Shown here: positions 19,299 through 29,200 of the stretch, in pieces
Layout of the letters: every line of letters begins with the position of its first letter
How positions within the stretch are numbered: the first letter of the stretch is position 1
Virus record (IMG/VR): IMGVR_UViG_3300025936_000023
Location: 5,622-69,621 of that record
From: a virus
Lineage: Duplodnaviria > Caudoviricetes
Direction: 5' to 3' (one strand)
DNA: 64,000 nucleotides
The notes under the pieces: model-generated
What the model was told of the DNA's origin: nothing
What the model saw: only the letters and a program-made list of their open reading frames with translations
The model's database searches: none
Made by a program: the position numbers and the translations under genes

Positions 19299-19492
19299 AG
19301 CATCTACGATTCGGCTTCGGTTCTTGGCTGGGAACAGCGACGACTAGCGTTCTAACCGCAGCGGCGTTCGCGTCGATGGGCGACATCGCTTGGTCGCGTG
19401 TCTATATCGCTGCCTGTTTGTGGTTGATCGTGCTGACCGTCGTCGGGATGATCTACTTCGCCGCCGCTGTCGTGAAGGAGAGTCGGCGGTGA
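19295..19492 (+). CDS. Small two-TM membrane protein
   Basis: Hydrophobic 65 aa, coupled on both sides. Confidence 0.65.
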   Translation: MKHLRFGFGSWLGTATTSVLTAAAFASMGDIAWSRVYIAACLWLIVLTVVGMIYFAAAVVKESRR

Positions 19493-20094
19493 GTGCAACA
19501 GACTTTGCCTACGGTCGGCTAGAGCTAGGACGGCGTCAGCTCATCGCGCACTCTAACAACGCCGGCAGCCAGCCGACAATCTACGAGCCAGTCAGCATCT
19601 TGCGACCCGACCATCTCTGGATTCACCCGTCTGCCCGCATCGACCCCTTCACTCGCATCGAGTCCGGCGAGGGCACCTACATTGGCCCGCTGGTTCATGT
19701 GGCGGCGCACTGCCACTTGGGCGTGGGTGGCGGCATCCTCATCATGGAAGAAGGCTCTGCCGCCAGCAGCCACGTCTGTATTGTCACCGGCAGCAACGTG
19801 CCCGGCCCTGGTCGCGGGTGCTCGGCAGTCGACCCGGCGGCTGTTGTCGAGCGCAGCTTCGTGCATGTCAAGCGAAACGCGATTCTGTTCGTCGGCGCGA
19901 TAGTGCTGCCGGGCGTGACGGTGGGCGAGGAGGCGGTGGTGGCGGCTGGAGCAGTAGTGACGAAGGACGTGCCCGACGGTGCGACGGTTGCCGGCGTGCC
20001 TGCGCGAGTCGTGAAGACGGCCGACAGCTCTAGCGTGTGGCCGTCACTGCAAGAGCCGTTCGACATGGGCGATGGCGCAGGAGCGATAAGGTAG
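19489..20094 (+). CDS. Hexapeptide-repeat (left-handed beta-helix) sugar acyltransferase
   Basis: [27 protein letters not shown]...GVPARV; RIDPF and HVAAH recall QdtC-type N-acetyltransferases. Confidence 0.88.
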   Translation: MSATDFAYGRLELGRRQLIAHSNNAGSQPTIYEPVSILRPDHLWIHPSARIDPFTRIESGEGTYIGPLVHVAAHCHLGVGGGILIMEEGSAASSHVCIVTGSNVPGPGRGCSAVDPAAVVERSFVHVKRNAILFVGAIVLPGVTVGEEAVVAAGAVVTKDVPDGATVAGVPARVVKTADSSSVWPSLQEPFDMGDGAGAIR

Positions 20095-20831
20095 TGCGTG
20101 TGTGCGTAGCGTCTGCCCACCGCAACTCTGCCGGCCGCCAAATCAGTCGCTGGATCAGCCAGATCATCGCCCTCCGCGACGAGCTGCGCAACCACTACTA
20201 CTGCGGCGTGCGCGCCGTAGCCGTCGAGGGCGACTCAACCGACACCACTCGCGCTCAGCTCACCACCGAAGCCGAGCAACGACTAGCTCCTCGCGATATC
20301 GAGTTCGAGCTGGCGACGTGCAACCACGGCGGGCCGGTGTACGGGTCGACAGAGCAACCAGAGCGGATGGCTGCGCTGTCCAAGGTCGGCAACGCGGTGC
20401 TGGATGCGGTGCGGGCAACCGATGACGTGCTCGTCTATGTCGAGAGCGACTTGGTGTGGGACGCCGAGACGATTAGACGGCTGATTGATCGAGTTCTCGG
20501 CGCTGCTGTTCACCGTGTCGAGTCGACGTGGGATCTCGACGCTGTCGACGACTGCGACGTGTGGGTGCCAGTCGTCATGGCCGGCGACACCCATTACGAT
20601 TGCTGGGCGTATAGGACGCTTGACGGCTCTCGCATCTTCCACCCCTTCCCGTTCACGGCGCCTACCGAACTCAGCAGTGCCGGTAGCTGCCTCGTGATGC
20701 CGGCGGCGGTCGCCCGAGACAAGCGGGCGCGGATGGAGACCGGAGCGCTGGTCGAGTGGTGTGAGAAGGCGCGAGCAGCTGGCTACAGGATCGCAGTCGA
20801 CCCGGCGCTTATCGTGAGGCACCCGGCGTGA
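20094..20831 (+). CDS. GT-A fold glycosyltransferase-like protein (GT2/Anp1-like)
   Basis: VAVEGDSTDTT, VLVYVESDL (DxD-like), ELSSAGSCLVM, C-terminal VDP...HP. Confidence 0.7.
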   Translation: MRVCVASAHRNSAGRQISRWISQIIALRDELRNHYYCGVRAVAVEGDSTDTTRAQLTTEAEQRLAPRDIEFELATCNHGGPVYGSTEQPERMAALSKVGNAVLDAVRATDDVLVYVESDLVWDAETIRRLIDRVLGAAVHRVESTWDLDAVDDCDVWVPVVMAGDTHYDCWAYRTLDGSRIFHPFPFTAPTELSSAGSCLVMPAAVARDKRARMETGALVEWCEKARAAGYRIAVDPALIVRHPA

Positions 20832-20926
20832 GCTGCTTGGGCGCTGTTATCGCCTTGGCTACCGTTGTCGCGTTTGCCTGGTGGACTGGCGTGCAGATGT
20901 TCGGCGATCCGCGAGACGACAAATGA
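20828..20926 (+). CDS. Small membrane peptide (32 aa), not in the ORF track
   Basis: MSCLGAVIALATVVAFAWWTGVQMFGDPRDDK; GTGA and ATGA coupling to both neighbours. Confidence 0.5.
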   Translation: MSCLGAVIALATVVAFAWWTGVQMFGDPRDDK

Positions 20927-21780
20927 AGGTCTTCGTCAAGCCGACGGGCATGTACTCGCGCGCGATGGTGCGTATCGCCGACGCCCTCGCTCGCCACGCT
21001 CCACCGTCCGTCAGCATCACGGCCGACCGCGACGCAGCCGACCTAGTCGTCCTCTACGTGATCGGGCCGGACGCACTCCAGGCAGGCCGCGATCTTGTTG
21101 CTGCCGGTAAGAAATATGCAGCTGTCCAATGTTGCTGGAAGACGACCGGCGTCGCCGACGCCGACTGGATGCCGTTCTGGCGAGACGCAGATCTCGTGTG
21201 GTCGTACTACCAATTGCCTGGCGACGGAACGTTCAATTTTTACTACGCGCCACTAGGCGTTGACACCATCTTTGCGAGTGCTTATCGTCTGAGCAACGTT
21301 AAGCAGCCGACCATCATCACCACCGGCTTCGTGTCGTCGCCGGCTGGCGAGGCTATCGAGGAAGTGTGGCTGGCAGCTCGCCGCTGTAACTTCCGCACCA
21401 TCCACATCGGACCGCCGAACGTCGAGGGCACGCTGCTCCACGCCGACGAGCACATCCAGCCCTCTGACGCTAAGCTGGCGGCGGTCTATGCTGAGGCTCG
21501 CTGGGTGGCGTCGTTGCGGCACACCGAAGGCTTTGAGTGCCCAGCGGCCGAGGCCGTCGTGGCTGGCACTCGCCCGTTACTGTTCGATCAACCAACACTT
21601 CTCTACTGGTATCGCGACGTCGCCGAATACGTGCCGGAGTGCAGCGGCGACGTGTTGGTTGACCTGCTGACGATAAAGCTGTCTGGGCTCGACCCGGTGA
21701 GCGGCCACGAACGCGATTGGCTGCTACGACGTTTCGACTGGGCGACGATATGCCGCGGATTCTGGGAGCGCGTCCTTTAA
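20923..21780 (+). CDS. GT-B fold (GT4-like) glycosyltransferase
   Basis: APLGVD, SLRHTEGFECPAAEAVVAG (EX7E), FDWATICRGFWE. Confidence 0.8.
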   Translation: MKVFVKPTGMYSRAMVRIADALARHAPPSVSITADRDAADLVVLYVIGPDALQAGRDLVAAGKKYAAVQCCWKTTGVADADWMPFWRDADLVWSYYQLPGDGTFNFYYAPLGVDTIFASAYRLSNVKQPTIITTGFVSSPAGEAIEEVWLAARRCNFRTIHIGPPNVEGTLLHADEHIQPSDAKLAAVYAEARWVASLRHTEGFECPAAEAVVAGTRPLLFDQPTLLYWYRDVAEYVPECSGDVLVDLLTIKLSGLDPVSGHERDWLLRRFDWATICRGFWERVL

Positions 21781-21796
21781 CGGAGGCTCGTCAGAC

Positions 21797-22588
21797 TTGA
21801 AACTAGGAGAGAGAATTTTCTCTGGTCTGTTGTTGAAGGAGCACGCGCTCTACGTACTCGAAGATCCGACTACCGACGAGATTAGGTATGTCGGCTATAC
21901 GTGCGACGTTCGGCGTCGGTTCTCCGAGCACAGAAAGCGCCGCCATTCGTACACGAGCAGCTGGATTCAATCGCTACACAATAAGGGATTGCAGCCTAGA
22001 CTGAGAGTCTTGTGCTACGTTCAGGACGCATTCGAGGCGAAGCGTCTTGAAGTCGAACTAATAGCCAAGTACAGAAGGCGAGGAGTCCGTCTCACCAACG
22101 GGACTGAAGGTGGTGACGGAGTCGTATCAACTCCAGAGACTAGGGCCAAGCAGATTGCAGCGGCGACTGGTGTAGTTTTTACCGCCGAGAGAAAAGCTAA
22201 TATCTCTGCTGCGCTAAAGAAGCTGCCGGTCACGCAAGAACGGCTCGATGTTCTGAACAGGGCTTGCCGGTCTCTCAGTAGAGAGCAGATTCTGCTCCGT
22301 AATCAAGCTATCGCGGCTGCCAAGTTAGGGCAGCCTCTTAGTGAGTTTCATTGCCGACGTATATCAGAGACGGCGAAGGCAAGATGGTCTAAGGCAGAGG
22401 AGCAGAGACTGAAAGCGTCTTGGACTCCTGAAAGGGGAGCGAAGATATCAGCGGCTAAAAAGGGTAAACCATTATCCGAAGAGAACAAAGCCGCTATTCG
22501 TGCAGCAGCTGCCAGACCAGAAGTCAAAGCCAAGCAGTCTGCCGCACGTAAACTATGGTGGGCACGGAGAAAGGCGTTCGAGTCTTGA
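21797..22588 (+). CDS. GIY-YIG homing endonuclease with NUMOD3-like repeats
   Basis: LYVLEDP...RYVGYT..RR...E..I...LTNGTEGGDG; ISAAKKGKPLSEE repeats; AT-richer. Confidence 0.9.
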   Translation: MKLGERIFSGLLLKEHALYVLEDPTTDEIRYVGYTCDVRRRFSEHRKRRHSYTSSWIQSLHNKGLQPRLRVLCYVQDAFEAKRLEVELIAKYRRRGVRLTNGTEGGDGVVSTPETRAKQIAAATGVVFTAERKANISAALKKLPVTQERLDVLNRACRSLSREQILLRNQAIAAAKLGQPLSEFHCRRISETAKARWSKAEEQRLKASWTPERGAKISAAKKGKPLSEENKAAIRAAAARPEVKAKQSAARKLWWARRKAFES

Positions 22589-23874
22589 GAGTTCTTTGGA
22601 ACGGCGACTCGCCGACGATAAGCACCGGCTTCTCGCGTTGCACAGTCGCGGCCTGCGACGCCCTTCACGCTGCCGGTCACGAAGTCCACATCTTGGGTAT
22701 CAACGAAACTGGCGACCATCGCACCTACCACTCGCCAATCTACCCGTGCATTCAGCCTTTCGACCAAGGCAGAGACGCGTTCGGTGTCGGTCGTATGCCT
22801 GTTCTAGTCGACCGTCTCCGTCCTGACGTCATCTGCTGTTTAAACGATCCGTGGAATCTGCCGGCGTACACCAAGACGCTCGATGCCTTCTTCAAGGACG
22901 AGCCTTCGGCGATTCCGCCGATATGCGCATGGTTGGCAGTCGACGGCAAGAACCAGCACGGTTGGCTGCTTAATCGCCTGTCGCACATCATGGTGTGGAC
23001 TAAGTTCGCCGAAGACGAGCTGCGAAGTGGAGGCTACAAGGGCACCTGCTCCATCGTTCCACTTGGCGTCGACCACTCGGTTTTCTATCCGCGCGATAGA
23101 GCTGAAGCCCGCCGCATAGCGTTCCAGACCTTGCCAGAGCCGTTGCCAGATGACGCATTTATCGTCGGTGTTGTCGGGAGATTGCAGCACAGGAAAAGGA
23201 TCGACCTTTCGCTCCGCGCGTTTGCTGAGTGGATCGAGCGCACAGGCATCGACAACTCGTTCATCTACATCCACGCGGCGCCGACTGGAGATACTGGGTG
23301 CCATATCCGTTCGCTCACTCGCTACTACGGTCTTGACGGGCGCGTCGTTATCTCTGAGCCGCACATCGGCCGTGGCGTCGAAGAGACCGTGCTCCCGTGG
23401 ATCTACGCTTCATTCGATACGATGCTTACGACCACCCAGGGCGAGGGCTGGGGGCTTTGTCAGCACGAGTGCATGGCGATGGGCGTGCCTGTCGTCGTCC
23501 CCGATTGGTCTGCGCTTGGTGTCGACGGGTGGACCGGCAATGGCGTGCTGAGGGTGCCGTGCAACTCGACGGCGTTGACAGCGCCGATGAACGGTCTGGC
23601 CTACACGATTGGCGGGGTTGCAGACTGTTCTGCGGTCGCTGACGCACTGGATCTTCTCTACCGAGATCGGTCGGCGAGAGAGCACTATGCGGCTGCCGGC
23701 CTCGCCAAAGCCGCCGAGTTCAGCTGGCAACGCACCGGAGCCATGGTCGTAAGCGAGTTAGAACGAGTCGTTTACGAGGCGGAAACCAAGCGTAGACAGC
23801 AGTCGGCGATTGCAGTAGACTCAGGCGACTCGCCGGCCACCGAGCCGGCTCACACACCAGTCACCAGCCAGTAG
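22585..23874 (+). CDS. GT-B fold (GT4-like) glycosyltransferase
   Basis: MRVLWNGDSPTISTGF, VPLGVD, GVVGRLQHRKRIDL, TTQGEGWGLCQHECMAMGVP (EX7E). Confidence 0.9.
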   Translation: MRVLWNGDSPTISTGFSRCTVAACDALHAAGHEVHILGINETGDHRTYHSPIYPCIQPFDQGRDAFGVGRMPVLVDRLRPDVICCLNDPWNLPAYTKTLDAFFKDEPSAIPPICAWLAVDGKNQHGWLLNRLSHIMVWTKFAEDELRSGGYKGTCSIVPLGVDHSVFYPRDRAEARRIAFQTLPEPLPDDAFIVGVVGRLQHRKRIDLSLRAFAEWIERTGIDNSFIYIHAAPTGDTGCHIRSLTRYYGLDGRVVISEPHIGRGVEETVLPWIYASFDTMLTTTQGEGWGLCQHECMAMGVPVVVPDWSALGVDGWTGNGVLRVPCNSTALTAPMNGLAYTIGGVADCSAVADALDLLYRDRSAREHYAAAGLAKAAEFSWQRTGAMVVSELERVVYEAETKRRQQSAIAVDSGDSPATEPAHTPVTSQ

Positions 23875-23996
23875 TTTAAACAGCAAGTCGGCTCGTCAGC
23901 CAGTCACCGGCCACAGCCATAGCGGCATATCGCCGCCGCGGTCGCCGTCCGAGGTCTACGCAGCTGGCCAACGCCGCCGTCTTAGGCTGGGAGCAA

Positions 23997-24428
23997 GTGA
24001 GCCGCCGCTTAATCGCGGTCGGCCCTGCTATGGCGAGCGCCGCCGACGACTTCATGGTGCGCGAGGCGCAGTCGATCCTCGACAAGTCGTTGCAGCTCGT
24101 GCCGCATGAGAGCGGCGATCTGGCGCGGTCGGGCGAGGTTAGTCGCACTGGCGGCCGTCTCGGTGTCGGTGTTGCGCGCCAGATCCTTCAACGCACTGCC
24201 GGCGGCCAGTTCACGACCGGCAGCATCCAAGTCAGCTACGGCCGCGGGCTCGCCGAAGATTATTCGGTCCCCGTGCATGAAACGCCGAGCAAGCACGATC
24301 CGCCGTCGTGGCGCGGCAAGCGCGTGCAGTTCAACTCAGGTGGCCCTCAATTTCTGGCACGACCTTTCCGCGAGACCGTCGGCACGCTGTGGCAGCGGCT
24401 CGCAGCGCATCTGCGGAGCAAGCTGTAG
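23997..24428 (+). CDS. Neck protein (HK97 gp10-like)
   Basis: AQSILDKSLQLVPHESGDLARSG...VHE...GGPQFLARPF; true start may be upstream. Confidence 0.75.
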   Translation: MSRRLIAVGPAMASAADDFMVREAQSILDKSLQLVPHESGDLARSGEVSRTGGRLGVGVARQILQRTAGGQFTTGSIQVSYGRGLAEDYSVPVHETPSKHDPPSWRGKRVQFNSGGPQFLARPFRETVGTLWQRLAAHLRSKL

Positions 24429-24835
24429 TGGCACGCTACCTGGAAGTCTTGGCGGTTAATCGTCCGTCGCCCATCGGTGTCGACCAGAACAACCGCACGA
24501 TGTTCTCGGCGACATACCAGGCGATGGGGGTGTCGATTGCGAAGTTTGAAGAGGAGTTGGCGCGCATCCTCTACGACGCCGGCCTCATGACACTCGGCAC
24601 CGACGGCTTCGTCGGCCCCGCCTCCACCATCCCGACGACAGGCGGCGGCCCGTTCATCACCCTCATCGACACCGGCGGCACCTCGCCGCTGGAAACCCAC
24701 AACGGCGACAAGTACGAGCGCATGTCGATCCAAATCATCGTGCGAGCGCTGAGCTATCAGGTCGCACGTACTCGCGCGCTGGCGATCTGGCGAGAGCTGG
24801 ACGGCAAGCGCGAGATAACGGTAACAGCAGCTTAA
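24428..24835 (+). CDS. Tail terminator / tail completion protein
   Basis: DTGGTSP...YERMSIQIIVRALSY..AR..A..I...LDG; position before tail tube. Confidence 0.75.
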   Translation: MARYLEVLAVNRPSPIGVDQNNRTMFSATYQAMGVSIAKFEEELARILYDAGLMTLGTDGFVGPASTIPTTGGGPFITLIDTGGTSPLETHNGDKYERMSIQIIVRALSYQVARTRALAIWRELDGKREITVTAA

Positions 24836-24940
24836 GCCGTCAATGCAGTCAACGCAGTCAACCGCCATCATCCGACAACCGCAAGCACCTCACTTAGGTA
24901 TCGCGCAGGTTAGTTAACAGGTCTTGAAAGGAGCTTCACC

Positions 24941-25399
24941 ATGAGCGAGCTTGCGGTAGCCGGCCACGGCGTACACATCGACTTCGAGCTGGACCCGGTA
25001 GGCGCCCCCGGTGTCTTCACCGAGATCCCCGAACTCAGCGACGACGTCAGCTGGCCTGAGTTCAACGTCCCCGAGACCAACGTAACCGCCCACAACGACC
25101 GCATCGACAGTTGGATTCAAGGCGTGCTCATGCGCGGCCAGTTCAGCTTCGGCGTCAACTACGTGGCCGGCAACACTGTCCACGAAGCGCTGCGCGACGC
25201 GCCGCTCAACGGCCTCAAGCACGGCTTCCGCACCTACAGCAAGGACGGCGGTCCCGGCGACGACGAGATCATCGCCAGCGGCTTCGTGCAGACGTTCGGC
25301 CCCATCGTCCACCCGGTGCGCGAGGGTGCGCGGAAGGCCACCGTGGCGGTGCGGTTGAGCGGGCCGATGATCGTGGATGGCGCGGAGTACGGAGCGTAG
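24941..25399 (+). CDS. Major tail tube protein
   Basis: AAAGGAG RBS; F..I.EL.....P......DVTAH...G.F.F..NY..G pattern; upstream of chaperones and tape measure. Confidence 0.8.
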   Translation: MSELAVAGHGVHIDFELDPVGAPGVFTEIPELSDDVSWPEFNVPETNVTAHNDRIDSWIQGVLMRGQFSFGVNYVAGNTVHEALRDAPLNGLKHGFRTYSKDGGPGDDEIIASGFVQTFGPIVHPVREGARKATVAVRLSGPMIVDGAEYGA

Positions 25400-25474
25400 G
25401 GCAAGAGCAACGACAACGACAACGACGACAACAGTCACCCGGTTTGGTCAATAACACACAAGGAGCCTCAGACA

Positions 25475-25906
25475 ATGGCCAAGCAGCCGACAACGTCAGT
25501 GCCTCGTGTTCTCTCCCTCGCCGACCTCACGGCGCCGCCGACTCTCACGGAACTGTCAATCCCTGAGCTAGCCGGCGGCGTCGTTTACCTGCGCCCGCTC
25601 TCGGCCGGTACTGTCATGGACATGGTCGTGGACGGTAACGCTGCTGACGGCGCGGGCGGCGTGGCCTCCAAAGTCACCGGCGAAGCGATGATGAAGCTCG
25701 TCGCGGCGGCCGTCGCCAACGCCGACGGCACTCCCATGTTCGCGCCTGGCGACGAGGGCTTGGCCCAAATCAAGCTCCTCGACATTCGCGTCTTCAATCG
25801 CATCTCCACCGCCATTACGTCGACGCTCAACCCCACCGCGGCCGACGGCGCCGACGTGGGAAAAGCCTCGCCGGCAACCAGTGGCGGCGATTTGCCTTCC
25901 AACTAG
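25475..25906 (+). CDS. Tail assembly chaperone (G-like)
   Basis: IPELAGGVVYLRPLSAG; between tube and tape measure. Confidence 0.8.
   Translation: MAKQPTTSVPRVLSLADLTAPPTLTELSIPELAGGVVYLRPLSAGTVMDMVVDGNAADGAGGVASKVTGEAMMKLVAAAVANADGTPMFAPGDEGLAQIKLLDIRVFNRISTAITSTLNPTAADGADVGKASPATSGGDLPSN
25858..25864 (+). other. -1 programmed ribosomal frameshift site G GGA AAA
   Basis: X XXY YYZ heptamer in frame near the chaperone 3' end; -1 frame open to TAG at 26232. Confidence 0.85.
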
Positions 25907-26232
25907 CGCTGGCGCTCGGCGAGCACGATGTCGACGCTCTCCTCGCCCGCCTCACTTGGTCGCAGCTGGTCGAGTGGCGAGCCTACTACCAGCTCGACCC
26001 GTGGGGCGAGGAGCGGGCCGACCTCCGCAACGGTATCGCATGTGCGCTGCTCGCCAACGTCAACCGAGATCCGAAGAAGGGCCAGCCGTTCACGCCGGTT
26101 GACTTCATGCCGTTTGCTGAGAAGCCGAAGACGAGTGCGCGCGAGAGCATGGCGAACTTCAAGTCGGCAGTGAAGCGGTTCTTGAAGAAGAAAAAGCAGC
26201 CGAGACAACCGAGACAGCCAAAGAGTCAGTAG
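25858..26232 (+). CDS. Frameshifted chaperone extension (T-like), not in the ORF track
   Basis: RRFAFQLALALG...LTWSQLVEWRAYYQLDPWGEERADLR...DFMP. Confidence 0.85.
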   Translation, partial: GKSLAGNQWRRFAFQLALALGEHDVDALLARLTWSQLVEWRAYYQLDPWGEERADLRNGIACALLANVNRDPKKGQPFTPVDFMPFAEKPKTSARESMANFKSAVKRFLKKKKQPRQPRQPKSQ

Positions 26233-26238
26233 TCGCCC

Positions 26239-29200
26239 ATGAACGTCGGCACAGTCGAAGTCCTACTCCAGCTTCGCGACAAGCTCACGGCCGAGCTGAA
26301 CAACTCGGTCGCGAGGTCGACGACTGCGCTCACCAAGCTGACGGGTGAGATCCGCAAGACCGAAAACGCCATCGCCAAGCAGCAGGCCGCGGTCGAAAAG
26401 GCCGGCCGTTCCCACCGTGCCGCCGCCGACGACGTCGACCGCTTCGGCCGCCAAATCCGCACCACGCTCGTCCACGTCGCCGCTGCCGCCGCTGCCTACA
26501 AGCTCCTAGCCGCGGCTGTCACGGCCGTCAGCAACCAAGTCGAACTCGTCCGCACTTTCGAGAAGATCGAGAACGTCACCGGCGTTACTCGCGGTGAAGT
26601 AGATCGTCTCCGGTCCTCGCTCAACGACCTCTCAACCTCAACCGGAAAGGGTCCACAAGAGCTGGCCGAGGGCTTCTACTTCATCGCGAGTGCCGGGTTG
26701 AAGGGTGCCGAAGCGACCGAAGTGCTCACCGCGGCGGCCAAGGCAAGCGCCGTGGGCTTGGGCGAGACCAAGGACATCGCGCGCTCTATCACCGCCGCCA
26801 TCAATGCTTACGGGGCCGAGAATCTTAGTGCAGCTAAGGCGGCCGACATCCTGTTCGCCACCGTGCGCGAGGGAGGCGCCGAGGCGAGCGAGGTGGCCGG
26901 CGTGTTCGGCCGTGTGGTGGGGATTGCGAGCCAGCTCGGCGTGTCGTTTGCGGAAGTCGGCTCGTTTATCGCCACGTTCACCCGGCTGGGCGTCGGCGCC
27001 GACGAGGCCGTCACCGCCCTCCGCGGCAGCATCACCGCCATGCTGACGCCGACGCGAGCGCAAGAGGCAGCACTCAAGGCCCTCGGCTTGTCGATGGCGG
27101 AGCTTAAGCAGCAAGTGCGAGAGAGGGGGCTTACGGCGGCATTGATCGACCTCGTCAAAGCCGGCAAGGGCAACGAAGACATCATCGGCGCGATCATCCC
27201 CAACGTGCGGTCGCTGGCCGGTGTGCTCGCTACTGCCGGCAGCCAGGCCGAGGCTTATCGTGAAGTCACCGACAAGGTCACGAAGTCGACTGGCGACCTC
27301 GGCCGTGCCTTCGACGACGTTAAGCAGTCAGCGTCGTTCAAGTGGGACCAGTTGAAGGCCCAGTTCGAGCAACTGTCATTGACGCTCGGCGAGGCTCTAC
27401 TGCCTGGCGTGCAGGCGTTCGGGGCCGCCCTCGCCGGCCTCGACCGCGGCGAACTCGCCCAGTTCGGCGAGAACGCCGCGACCGCTCTCCGCGGCCTTGC
27501 CGAGATCGTTAGCCTGCTCGTCGCTCACCTCGACACGCTGCAAGCGCTCGTCGTCGGCCTTGCCGCGATCAAGCTCGGCAGCGCGTTGTCGGCGTGGGTG
27601 ACTGGGTTGGGCGAGGCTGCCGTCGCTGCCCGCGTCGCCACTTCGTCGACTGCTGCTCTCGGCGCCTCCATCGGCGCCCTCGCCGGTCCTATCGCCGTCG
27701 CCGTCGCGGCCGGCTTCTACCTCAACAACAAGATCAAGGAGTGGGCACGCGACTCTCTCGCCGAGATCGCCAATGTCGTCACCGAAACCAACAAGGCCGG
27801 CGGCCAGCTCCAGCGTCTGCTCACGGCTCATCGCGGCGGCGAGTTGTCGGGCGCCGATGTCACCCAGGCCAAAGACGACTACGCCGCTGCCGAAGTCGCC
27901 GCTCACAAGTACCGCACCGAGATCGACAAACTCAACGAGAGTCTGAAGCAGACGGCTCCCGGCCAGCGCTGGGTAATCCAGAAGCAGATCGACGATAACG
28001 AGCGGCTGCTGCACGCCGAAGAAGGCCGCATGCGCGCGGCTCGGCAAGTCGTCCAAGTTGGCGAGCAGCAGCGACGAGTGATCGACGGGATGGCAGAAGG
28101 CTGGGGCAAGGTCGGCGGTAGCATTAAGATTCCGTCGGCTGAGGCCGAGCGCTACGGGCAGCGTCTCGGCGAAGTCACCAAGCGCTGGAGCGACCAGCTC
28201 GCCGTCGCTCGCCAAGCCCTCGCCACCGCCAAAGCCACTTTCGCCTTCAAGGTTGGTGCTGACGGCACGGGCGCCGAGCTGGCCGACGAGCGCGAGCTGT
28301 CGCAAGAGAAGCGCATCCAGCTGGAAATTGACCGTCGCATCGCCGCCGTCGAGAACGACAAGCACAAGGCCGGTGCTGCACTCCGCGCCGCAATCACCGC
28401 CCAAGTCGCCGAAGAGATCCGCCTCAACGACGCGGCCAAAGACTTCGTCTCGCTCACAGCCGAAGTCGGCAAGGTCATCAAGTTCAACACCGTCTGGCAG
28501 GGCAAGCTGCGCGATCTCATCCGCGACAGCAACGCTAGGCTCGGCGATGACATGACGGCCAGGGTCGCCAACGGCTTCAACGCGCAAAACAACGCCTTGA
28601 CCAAGCAGCTCGGTCTCGCCCGCGAGCTGCTGTCGGCGTGGACGAAGGGCGGCGACATCGCGGCCCGCGCCGTCACCATCCAGCAAGACACCTACGAGCG
28701 CTCGAAGGGCCTCGTATCGCTTACCGACGACGAAGCCGCCGCCCTCGCCAAGGTCGCCGACGAGCAGGACCGCATCAACTACCTCATCAGCAAGGTGGCC
28801 GAGCTGTCGCGGCCGGCCTGGGCTGTCTACCTGGATGCGGCGTTCAACGCTATCGGCGCTATCGGCGACGCTCTCAGCGACGTGATCGTCCAGGCGGCCA
28901 TGAAGGGCAAGGTCGACTGGGAGAGCGTGTGGGAGTCGCTCAAGTCGTCGCTGATAAAGATCTTCGCCGACATGCTGGCTGACATGCTGAAGCGATGGAT
29001 CGCAACGCAGCTGGCAATGCGGGCGGCGAGCCAGTCTATCAACGGCGGGAGTGCTCTCGGCGGAGCAGCGAGTGCCGGTAGTAGTGGTGCCGGCGGTGCG
29101 ATTTCGAGTGCCGGCTCGGCTGGCGGCAGCAGCGGCGCGTCTGCCGGCACCCTGGCCGGCTGGGCTGTCGCCGCCTTCGCCCTCTATGTCGTCTACAAGG

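Noticed and set aside
25405-25432. Short ACAACG repeats (also GTTGAC x3 near 43390 and AGCGGAGTA x2 near 38045)
   Set aside because: Two to four imperfect copies; consistent with slippage or low-complexity coding, too short for iterons
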